Shown here in pieces: positions 11,124 to 21,725 of a DNA stretch of 64,000 nt. Origin of the DNA: Macrostomum lignano (lineage: Eukaryota); contig NIVC01000109.1 of NCBI GenBank assembly GCA_002269645.1, positions 62,001 to 126,000 of the forward strand. The letters are read 5' to 3'. The position numbers and the translations under genes were made by a program. Every line of letters starts with the position of its first letter. Position 1 is the first letter of the stretch. The notes beneath the pieces were generated by a model, which did not search any database, was not told the origin of the DNA, and worked only from the letters and a program-made list of their open reading frames with translations.

Positions 11124-11720
11124 AGCCCCATGACCTAATGTTCTCAGCCCCATGACTCCGATTTCCTCAGCCCTATGACCCAATGTTCTCAGCCCCATGT
11201 CTCCGATTTCCTAAGCCCCATGACTCCCAATGTCCTCAGCCCCATGACCCCCAACGTCCTCAGCCCCATGACCCCAACATCCTCAGCCCCATGACCCCAA
11301 CATCCTCAGCCCCATGACCCCAACATCCTCAGCCCCATGACCCCCAATGACCTCAGCCCCATGACCCAATGTTCTCGGTCCCATAACTCCAACGTCCTCA
11401 GCCCTGTAGGCAGCGCCTACTATCGTGTGTGTGTTGGGGGGTTGTCAGCGGCTGCGCCGCGTGACTCTGCTAGCTCAACCCTTATGCGTACAATATCAAA
11501 TGTGCATGGTGTGACTTTAGCAACCACCCTGTCTCAGCTCAATTATTCAATAAATATACTGATCGCTATTATTCTCGCCTGCAAGCTTTCGGCAACTATC
11601 GACTACAACAAGCAGTCTAGCCTCGTTTCACTCACTACAAGCCCCATGACCGCCAACGTCCTCAGCCCCATGACCCCCAATGTCCTCAGCCCCATGACCC
11701 CAACATCCTCAGCCACGTGA
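11124..11720. repeat. Minisatellite (ATGACCCCAA[C/T]ATCCTCAGCCCC type), right part
   Basis: Same unit as 5980-6515; interrupted by the solo LTR at 11405-11639. Confidence 0.95.
11405..11639 (+). mobile_element. Solo LTR (235 bp), different family
   Basis: TGTAGG...CACTACA with an internal AATAAA, flanked by the 5-bp TSD AGCCC. Confidence 0.88.
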
Positions 11721-12244
11721 CTCCCAAGACCTTTAGTTTTGAGTTAAATATATTTGGGAGTGTTTAAAAATCCAGACGCCAATTCTATGAAAATAACAAA
11801 TTAATGTTGCAACCAATAAATAATTCTGACAGACAATGATGTGAAAAAAACCTAAACAAAACTTTAAAAAAATATGACGTCAATAAATCTATTCTGTATA
11901 GTGTCTTTCGATTTTAAGTTGTTTATTTAAACAAATACGCATATTACGATTCGTTGCACTGTTAATCATAATAAAAAGTTCTCAAGTATAATTATATTAA
12001 CTGATCTCTTCGTTTACCGACAAACTCTGTTTCTCGAAAGGCTTCTCGATTTCTCGAACCTTTGCATCTTGAACGAATCCATCTAACTGAATATATAAAG
12101 ATTCTGATAATGATAAAGATAATAATTCCATACAAGGAACAGTGAGCACTACAGAATATTACCAATAGCTAACGAAATTATATTCTTTACTAGAATAAAC
12201 ACTGATGCAAGTCAAGGAGAGGCCTCCCAGAAACTGCTGCGCTC

Positions 12245-15200
12245 TCAGCCCTCAGCATAGTAGTACACAGCCTGGAATGATTTGCCGTATTGAATCAATT
12301 AGAATCATTCTTTACAATACGTACCTGCTACTTATAATAGAAGTAGTATACACAGCTACATTGCTGAATATTTTTACCATAAGCTCAAACTAAATTCTGT
12401 AGAGTGTTCTACCTCCCGCAAAAGTAAATTGACAATTGTAGAATGCTACTATAAGTGAGTAAGTGCACGCATGTGCACCTAAACTTTAAGGATGATTCAT
12501 GTTACTATTTTTAGCAAATGAATCATGTTACTATTTATAGCAGATTAATCACGTTGCTATTTTAGCAAATGAATCATGTTACTATTTATAGCAGATTAAT
12601 CACGTTGCTATTTTAGCAAATGAATCATGTTACTATTTATAGCAGATTAATCACGTTGCTATTTTAGCAAATGAATCATGTTACTATTTATAGCAGATTA
12701 ATCACGTTGCTATTTTAGCACATGAATCATGTTACTATTTATAGCAGATTAATCACGTTGCTATTTTAGCACATGAATCATGTTAATATTTTTGGCCTAC
12801 GAAATCGTCCATAAATACAAGCGGTTCAAAGCGGTACCGGAGTCATTCTCCCCATGGAAGAGGAGCGCTCCAAAGAGGAAGTTCTTAGCGAGACTTTCTG
12901 ATCACCAAGTCAATCGAGACTCGGTCGAGTTGTTGCGGTAAGCCTTTCTCATTAGAGAATCTATTAGAGATTACCGGAGCATTACCTAGAGTGCATAGAG
13001 GCACTACTAGAAGGAGAAGGCTAAAGAGAAACCGCTATTCGGCGCAGGGTACCCATTGTTTGATACGAGGCCTCTGATTGGTCCTGACTGCAGATACCGG
13101 CCGGAAACTACTTCATCGGAAGTACCAGGAGAAGCAGGACCAGAACAACAGATTCAATATTCTTCCGGAAGACAACGGACGAGATCTATTGTGAGATCTA
13201 CAACGAGAACTACTGAAGAGATCTCTCATACGAAGTCAAGGTAAGCAGTACCTTCAATTGATAACGGGGTTGCCTAGCTAAGTGCTAGAAGTGATTGTTC
13301 CTTGATTACAGAGAAAGTCTGGTAATAAGGAACACATCAGTTCTAAGAGTTTCGGTAAACTGATTTCGCAAAGCTTACGTTCGGGTCAGCGGCCCTAAGC
13401 GCTGTGGCAGCCGGCAGCTCCACTGCAGAGGCTTTGCTTCGACGGCCCGTTGCTGGCAGCCGCTTCAGCAAGGCAAAAATCGCCACAGCTGAGACAGCAG
13501 AAACTGCAGCCAGCGAACAGCAAATTACAGCAGTTTTATTAACCCCTCTGGGCTTGTGGAGCTCGCAGTTTGCTACAGAGAAAAGTACATGTACTTTTAG
13601 CATCACTTTGTGCACTTATTAGGACCTATTGTTTCAGAAGTACACAAAGACTTGCTCACTGAACAGGGCTTGAAAAGTTTTCGAGTTCTCCGTCAAAAAC
13701 TTGGGATCTTCGAAGCCAGTTCGGGCCTGGTTGGTGCGGCACGTGACCACGACCTCAGCCTGCTGCTCGCTGAACCGGTGGAACACTCGAGCTCTCCGAA
13801 TCCAACCACCGCAGATGCCCCGCAGATCCACTTCTGTCAGCAGCTGTCAATCAAAGTTAAATTAAAGGTGTGAATCAACTGTCTAAAGAAGACGTAAAAA
13901 CACCAACCGTACCACCAGTTGCATTGTTCCGACAGTCTCGGATCTCAGCAGACACTGCAGCTCCGGCCTCGGGTTTCCCTCCTCCACAAGCACAGTCAGA
14001 TTCAAGTCAAAACCATTGAGCAGCTGGCCTGAGATGTCGATGCTCTCTGGAGGGACTGTTGAAGAATTTCAGACAATGAAAAGCTCCTCTATGAGGTCAC
14101 ATTAGTTTTAAATCAATAATTTTTAAACATCCACATCAGATTTAACTGGTAACCTGGTTCCGCATTAGATTTTTAAAATCCAACTTCGAGTATATCGACT
14201 CCAAGGCAACTAACAAAAGAATTTATGGAAAGAGACAATACGAAAATTTAACATGCATCCAAAAACAAGCAGAAGTACATGGACACTTACACAGAACTGC
14301 AGGCAGCTCGCGACGAGCCGTTACATCGAACAGTCCTGACTGGTTCACCCGACACGAAACTGATGCTGAGCTTCCCCAGCTCCTGCTCACAGTCACTGAG
14401 AATGTGCTGCTTGAGTTCGTGCTCTGAAATGAGTCAGTTTTCACAGCTAAATGTCAGGTCATTGTTGCCATGCACCCAATACACAGGTGCAACCATGGGC
14501 TGTGAGACTCACTGACAGCAGCTGAAGCGCTGTGTTTCCATTTCGCTGTGACTGGACAGAGCAGCTGTGGCTGATTGGCATCCAGTAGCAACCCGGTGTG
14601 TCAGCTGTCAGATTGACGGCTGCTCCGTCTGTCCAGCTGGTGTTTGCGGGGAGCAGCAAGTGAGTGGTGCAGGGCTCTGGAAGGGTTTGAGTAGTGAGTG
14701 GTGCAGGGCTCTGGAAGGGTTTGAGTAGTGAGTGGTGCAGGGCTCTGGAAGGGTTTGAGTAGTGAGTGGTGCAGGGCTCTGGAAGGGTTTGAGTAGTGAG
14801 TGGTGCAGGGCTCTGGAAGGGGTTGAGTAGTGAGTGGTGCACGGCTCTGGAAGGGTTTGAGTAGTGAGTGGTGCAGGGCTCTAGAAGGGTTTGAGTAGTG
14901 AGTGGTGCAGGGCTTTGGAAGGGTTTGAGTAGTGAGTGGTGCAGGGCTCTGGAAGGGTTTGAGTAGTGAGTGGTGCAGGGCTCTGGAAGGGTTTAAGTAG
15001 TGAGTGGTGCAGGGCTCTGGAAGGGTTTGAGTAGTGAGTGGTGCAGGGCTCTGGAAGGGTTTGAGTAGTGAGTGGTGCAGGGCTCTGGAAGGGTTTGAGT
15101 AGTGAGTGGTGCAGGGCTCTGGAAGGGTTTGAGTAGTGAGTGGTGCTGGGCTCTGGATTGTCTTCATTGTTATGATTGCCTTTCGCTCTAATACTCATGT

Positions 15201-17111
15201 TTCTTAATTCCGCATTTCGATTTTCATATCTTTCCTGCAAAGCAAGCCAACATTCAACATAGCCATATGGATTTGTGTATGCAGTTTCAATGCGGATTTC
15301 TGTGACAGCAGGAAAACTGACTACCAGACTGACTCACTGGCGGACTGCACACCCAGTGTGTGCGAAGTGCCAATCGCAGTCCCACCGCTGCAGCTGTGTC
15401 GGCACTTCAAATCCGCCCCGTGCATTTCCACTTGCACTTCAAAATTTTCCAGAATCAGAGAGCTTTTGAAGATCACCCTCTACAATGCGAATGCCCATCT
15501 GCGCTGTTTAATTCCCATATCAGGTGCAAGCTCAAGTATTTATCTCAATCGAACTCTTACCGAACTCAAATCCAAGAGATCACTGCCGTTCCGCATTCTG
15601 ATGCTGCAGTTTGATGCAGCAGGTGCTCTGCAGTTTCCTGGGAGCCGAGCTCGAATCATCGCTTCATTACCGCGTCTCAGCTGAGACAAGTCTTCCACAA
15701 AGCATCCGCTGCGTTGTTCTTTACAGAAGTCAGCTGAAGAGCAACAAGAGCTGCTGTCTTTGTTATGCCGAAAGCAGTCCCCTTTTTCAATTTCAAGCAG
15801 CACAAAGTTCATTATCTTGTCAGTCTGATTGGCCACGAACTTCCTCAGCAGCACATACTGCGCCATCTGCAATGCGATGCTGCAGCACTGCGAATTCCAA
15901 TATTGAAAGAGTTGCAGCAGCTGGGTGACAAACCTTGACATCGCACTCAGCTGAGCAGGTCACTTCATCTACAAAGTGCGTCCTGTTTGACTTGCTGCTG
16001 TCATTTCTGGTGAAGCCGCAGTGTTGGAATCCGGACAGACTGTGACTGAAAGCGGCTGCAGTGCAGTTGGGTGCATCCTCATCCAGACCGGCTGGCTTCT
16101 CCTCACTGAGCAGCACTTCGATGCCCAGGGCTCTGTGGCTCTCTGAGAAAAGTTTATTGAAAAATTCAGATGCAAAATACTCGTATCGTTCAGATTGATA
16201 CTAAAAGGTGAGACAGGGCTCACCCTTCTGTCTCCCATAGAAAGTGATGGAGCGCACTGGGACACTTCGGGTCAGTTTCAGCAGCAGCCACTGGTAGCCG
16301 GAGGGGTCCGGAGTGTCGTGGGTATGAAAATAGAACCGTTGCCCTCTCATGTCTATAGATCTGATGAAGCAATTGGAGACTGAGTGATAGTACACATACG
16401 ATTGCCAGGCATTGGTGATATCAGCTCTGGCGACCTTGATGGCACGACCTGAAAAAAAAATTTGGTCAGAAATTTAAACTTTTTAAGGGCTAAAAGCATA
16501 CATTTAATAGTAAAGTTTTAGTGATAATCGATGTAAGCTTCTATATTATTAACGTACAACTCCCCGGTCCCCAGGTTTTAGTTTTTTGTCCTTTTTATTC
16601 TATTTATATGTTCACATTGTATATACATTATGTTCACAATGTGTCACAAACTAGGCACATTGAATTCGAGGACATGGAATAACTTTTGCATGAGCTTTTT
16701 TTTCAACAATTCTGTCACAAGGTCAGGTTTTTCGAAAACAACTACAACTACAGAGGAACGAGATGGTATTTTAAGCCCCTTGACTATCGTTTCGAATGCT
16801 TAGAAACTAGAAACTGTCGATTAGACATAGGAAATTATAGAATTCTTGATACAATAACTGGAGTCCACCATGCTCTAGCGACAGGACGGCGCCTATAGAG
16901 ACTCTTAATGATCCTCGTTGACTCAGCTCAGCTTGACAGCTGATGTAGACTCATTCAGTCGACATGTTGATGAATTTAAATGAATTGAATTTCGGGGTCT
17001 TCTGATATGAAAACGTTCAGTCCCTGTTCCCCATTTAATATATAAGTCCTTCCCAAACTCACAGGTCCAGAAGCAACAGAGAATCGCCAGAATTATCAAG
17101 CAATAGTTCAT
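12245..17111 (-). CDS. Receptor paralog B: signal peptide + F-type-lectin-like domain + ~3 Ig domains + TM + short Tyr tail (multi-exon)
   Basis: Exon 1 at 17111-17063 (MNYCLIILAILCCFWT). Lectin exons from ~16449 (AWQS...FHTHDTPDPSGYQWLLLKL...YGRQK...AQYVLLRK...LLEIE). Ig half-exons down to ~13630. TM exon at 13572-13379 (AVICCSLAAVSAVSAVAIFALLKR). Terminal exon at 12271-12245 (AVYYYAEG*). Splice phases are consistent, assuming one GC donor at 15179. Confidence 0.75.
12398..13339 (+). mobile_element. Candidate solo LTR in the last intron of paralog B
   Basis: TGTAG...CA ends, near-matching 4-bp flanks (ATTC/GTTC), an internal tandem block and a TATA-like ATAAATA. The boundaries are uncertain. 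Confidence 0.35.
12505..12785. repeat. 51-bp tandem repeat (~5.5 copies), itself a dimer of related 25/26-bp subunits
   Basis: TATTTTAGCAAATGAATCATGTTAC + TATTTATAGCAGATTAATCACGTTGC repeated. Confidence 0.93.
14658..15155. repeat. 34-bp minisatellite spanning an intron/exon junction of paralog B
   Basis: The unit on the minus strand is ACTCACTACTCAAACCCTTCCAG|AGCCCTGCACC, ~15 copies. A single copy of this junction is present in paralogs C and E. Confidence 0.95.
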
Positions 17112-17364
17112 GATAAATTGGCGAACGTTTTTGAGTTGCAGTTTCCAAGCTTCTTAGCCTACAAAAATTTCAGTAGTCCTTGAAGCAGAGTGCGAGGCCG
17201 CGTTTCTTGTTATTGAGAAAATCTGTGTATAAATTTTACCAACTGATCGCAACTGCCGACCAATGAGATCCGGGGGGGGGGCATTTTTTCGGCTTGTTGA
17301 GACAGAAATTCGACAATTTTGTAAGTTGTAATGTTGAATTCTTCTAATAATTAAATTCTAAACA

Positions 17365-17645
17365 GGGAACTGTAGCCGAGTGGTCAGAGCGTCGGCCTCA
17401 CGACTGAACGGTTGGGGTTCGATTCTCAACCCATTCGTAACAATTTGTGTCCTTGAGCAAGCCTCTTATCTCTGCATTGCTTCAGTTTACCCAGCTGTAA
17501 AATGGGTGCCAGCATTAGCTGGGGTAATTGAGGGTGTGTGTGGCGACCCCCCAGTCCTTGGGCTGAACAGCCGTGTACAGCAATAGCTGCGGCTGAGCTG
17601 TCGGTTGCACACCTGCCCATTAGGATAGGTGTAATTAATAATAAT
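17365..17645 (+). mobile_element. tRNA-derived SINE with CORE-like central domain
   Basis: A box TAGCCGAGTGG and B box GGTTCGATTC, followed by GTGTCCTTGAGCAAG...CAGTTTACCCAGCTGTAAAATGGG and an AAT tail. Further copies at 55113 and 56452. Confidence 0.85.
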
Positions 17646-17859
17646 TTAAAAATTCTTCTGATTGTCTCTTATTCTAGTGATGGCCAAGTCAAACAGATGG
17701 ACGAATTCGCTTTAATATCCGTGCTGGATAAAGTCAGGTTTTGCAACTGATCTCTCTTGTCTGTTGTTCGTCACGATTCGTTTACAATGCGGAACCGTTG
17801 AATGTTAGATATAAATTAATGAATTGGAGAAAGGTATATCCTGAAAAATTTGGTCTATT

Positions 17860-19787
17860 CTTGTCTAATCTTGTCTAATCTTGTCTAATCTTGTCGAATC
17901 TTGTCGAATCTTGTCTAATCTTGTCTAATCTTGTCGAATCTTGTCTAATGTTGTCTAGTCTTGTTTAATCTTGTCGAATCTTGTCGAATCTTGTCTAATC
18001 TTGTCTAATCTTGTCTAATATTCTCTAATCCTGTCTAAGCTTGTTTAGTCTTGTCTAATCTTGTCTAATCTTGTCTAATCTTGTCTAATCCTGTCTAATC
18101 TTGTCTAATCTTGTCTAATCCTGTCTAATCTTGTCTAATCTTGTCGAATCTTGTCTAATCCTGTCTAATCTTGTCTAATCTTGTCTAATCCTGTCTAATC
18201 TTGTCTAATCTTGTCTAATCCTGTCTAATCTTGTCTAATCCTGTCTAATCTTGTCTAATCTTGTCTAATCCTGTCTAATCTTGTCTAATCCTGTCTAATC
18301 TTGTCTAATCTTGTCTAATCTTGTCTAATCTTGTCTAATCTTGTCTAATCTTGTCTAATCTTGTCTAATCCTGTCTAATCTTGTCTAATCTTGTCTAATC
18401 CTTCTAATCTTGTCTAATCTGGTCTAATCTTGTCTAATCCTGTCTAATCTTGTCTAATCTTGTCTAATCTTGTCTAATCTTGTCTAATCTTGTCTAATCC
18501 TGTCTAATCTTGTCTAATCTTGTCTAATCTTGTCTAATCTTGTCTAATCCTGTCTAATCCTGTCTAATCTTGTCTAATTCTGTCTAATCTTGTCTAATCA
18601 TGTCTAACCTTGTCTAATCTTGTCTAATCTTGTCTAATCTTGTCTCATCTTGTCTAATCTTGTCTAATCCTGTCTAATCTTGTCTAACCTACTTTAATCT
18701 TGTCTAATCTTGTCTAACCTACTTTAATCTTGTCTAATCTTGTCTAATCTTGTCTAATCTTGTCTAATCCTGTCTAATCTTGTCTAATCTTGTCTAATCT
18801 TGTCTAATCTTGTCTAATCTTGTCTAATCTTGTCTAATCTTGTCTAATCTTGTCTAATCCTGTCTAATCTTGTCTAAGCTTGTCTAATCTTGTCTAAGCT
18901 TGTCTAATCTTGTCTAATCTTGTCTAATCTTGTCTAATCTTGTCTAATCTTGCCTAACCTTGTCTAATCTTGTCTAACCTACTTTAATCTTGTCTAACCT
19001 TGCCTAATCTTGTCTAATCTTGTCTAACCTTGCCTAATCTTGTCTAATCTTGTCTAACCTTGTCTAAGCTTGTCTAATCTTGTCTAATCTTGTCTAAGCT
19101 TGTCTAATCTTGTCCAAGCTTGTCTTATCTTGTCTAATCTTGTCTAATCTTGTCTAATCTTGTCTAATCTTCTCTAATCTGGTCTAATCTTGTCTAATCT
19201 TGTCTAATCTTGTCTAATCTTGTCTAATCCTGTCTAATCCTGTCTAATCTTGTCTAATTCTGTCTAATCTTGTCTAATCCTGTCTAACCTTGTCTAATCT
19301 TGTCTAATCTTGTCTAATCTTGTCTAATCTTGTCTAATCTTGTCTAATCTTGTCTAATCTTGTCTAATCTTGCCTAACCTTGTCTAATCTTGTCTAACCT
19401 ACTTTAATCTTGTCTAATCTGGTCTAATCTTGTCTAATCTTGTCTAACCTTGCCTAATCTTGTCTAATCTTGTCTAACCTTGTCTAAGCTTGTCTAATCT
19501 TGTCTAATCTTGTCTAAGCTTGTCTAATCTTGTCCAAGCTTGTCTTATCTTGTCTAATCTTGTCTAATCTTGTCTAATCTTGTCTAATCTTGCCTAACCT
19601 TGTCTAATCTTGTCTAACCTACTTTAATCTTGTCTAATCTGGTCTAATCTTGTCTAATCTTGTCTAACCTTGCCTAATCTTGTCTAATCTTGTCTAATCT
19701 TCTCTAATCTGGTCTAATCTTGTCTAATCTTGTCTAACCTTGCCTAATCTTGTCTAATCTTGTCTAATCTTCTCTAATCTTGTCTAA
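17860..19787. repeat. 10-bp satellite (ATCTTGTCTA)n, ~190 units, with higher-order repeats
   Basis: Direct observation; variant blocks recur at 420-bp and 220-bp spacing. Confidence 0.98.
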
Positions 19788-20699
19788 TTCAGACAGGCAT
19801 GTGGTGTAAAGTTGAATAACTCTAAAACCCATTATCTTTCCTTGCATTCTGCCATCCATTCTCTTTAGTTCGTATACAATTTGCAAATTAGCCTGAACAG
19901 TCAGGTAATTTTGAATTTAAAAGTCAGTTTTAGCTTAGAAGTTCCACAACCACATTCTCTGCCGGAAGCGAAGTTATAAAGTCTTCTATGTAAAGAAAAA
20001 GTTATATATTATCTGGAATAAAATGCTGAACTGTGATATGCCTCTGGTATATTTGTCTCAGACAAGCAAACATTCTCGCTTCAATTAGATAGCAATGCTA
20101 AAATTAGTAACTGTCAAAAGTTACTGGAATCGGATAGTTTACAGGATTGGAGAGCACAGGTCTTTGGAGTTTCTAAACGAAACAGGTGACTAAAACGCAA
20201 TGATGATTCCATATTTAGAAGCAAATATTAATGCATAAACATTCACAAAAGTCGCCAAGACTTGAAACCAGTCGGGCAGAATAAACAGGAATTCATATCG
20301 AATTTGAATTATAGATGCTTTTGCTAACAAAAGTATCAGTTAGTGCTTAGATACGGTTGCATACCCTTTAGGGGAATCTTGCTGGAGTACAATATAAACA
20401 TTGTGGTTCATAAATGTTTGGGTCTATTATTTGAATCATGCATCCGCATTGAGATGAGTCTTTAGTCACGCAGTTTGGAGCTCAAGTTTGAGCTGAAATT
20501 GCTTGGAAAATGCTTGGATACAACTGGAGATACTGGAGTTGCAGAGTAGCATAAAGTAGAAAGTTTTATGTTGACCCTATTTAAAGGCCATTGCAGTTAA
20601 TACCTGTGGGTACAAGCGCATATGCTTTGGTGTGTTGTAACAGTGTCAATAAGGAAGATTAGAAAATTTTGAATTCTACAGACAATTCTTCCAATACGA

Positions 20700-21712
20700 T
20701 TCTCCAAATACAATTCCCCAATACAATTCACCAGTACAATTCCCCCAATACAATTCCCCCAATACAATTCCCCCAATACAATTCCCCCAATACAATTCCC
20801 CCAATACAATTCCCCCAATACAATTCCCCAATACAATTCCCCCAATACAATTCCCCCAATACAATTCCCCCAATACAATTCCCCCAATACAATTCCCCCA
20901 ATACAATTCCCCCAATACAATTCAATAAAACTTTTATGTTGGTGTTAAGCTTCATTTTTCTATTACTTATTAAACGAGCATCGCTACCAATACAATTCCC
21001 CCAATACAATTCCTCAATACAATTTCCCAGTACAATTCCCCCAATACAATTCCCCCAATACAATTCCCCCAATACAATTCCCCCAATACAATTCCCCCAA
21101 TACAATTCCCCCAATACAATTCCCCCAATACAATTCCCCCAATACAATTCCCCCAATACAATTCCCCCAATACAATTCCCCCAATACAATTCCCCCAATA
21201 CAATTCCCCCAATACAATTCCCCCAATACAATTCCCCCAATACAATTCCCCCAATACAATTCCCCCAATACAATTCCCCCAATACAATTCCCCCAATACA
21301 ATTCCCCCAATACAATTCCCCCAATACAATTCCCCCAATACAATTCCCCCAATACAATTCCCCTAATACAATTCCCCCAATACAATTCCCTCAATACAAT
21401 TCCCCCAATACAATTCCCCCAATACAATTCCCCCAATACAATTCCCCCAATACAATTCCCCAATACAATTCCCCAATACAATTCCCCCAATACAATTCCC
21501 TCAATACAATTCCCCCAATACAATTCCCCCAATACAATTCCCCCAATACAATTCCCCCAATACAATTCCCCCAATACAATTCCCCCAATACAATTCCCCC
21601 AATACAATTCCCCAATACAATTCCCCCAATACAATTCCCCCAATACAATTCCCCAATACAATTCCCCCAATACAATTCCCCCAATACAATTCCCCCAATA
21701 CAATTCTCCAAT
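20700..21712. repeat. 14-bp minisatellite (AATACAATTCCCCC)n
   Basis: About 65-70 units with a ~65-bp unique interruption at ~20925-20990; begins ~14 bp past the stop codon of paralog C. Confidence 0.98.
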
Positions 21713-21725
21713 ACAAAGGCGTCTC

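Noticed and set aside
17365-17440. tRNA genes at 17365, 22072, 55113 and 56452
   Set aside because: A/B boxes are present but no complete cloverleaf, and they continue into a shared SINE body.
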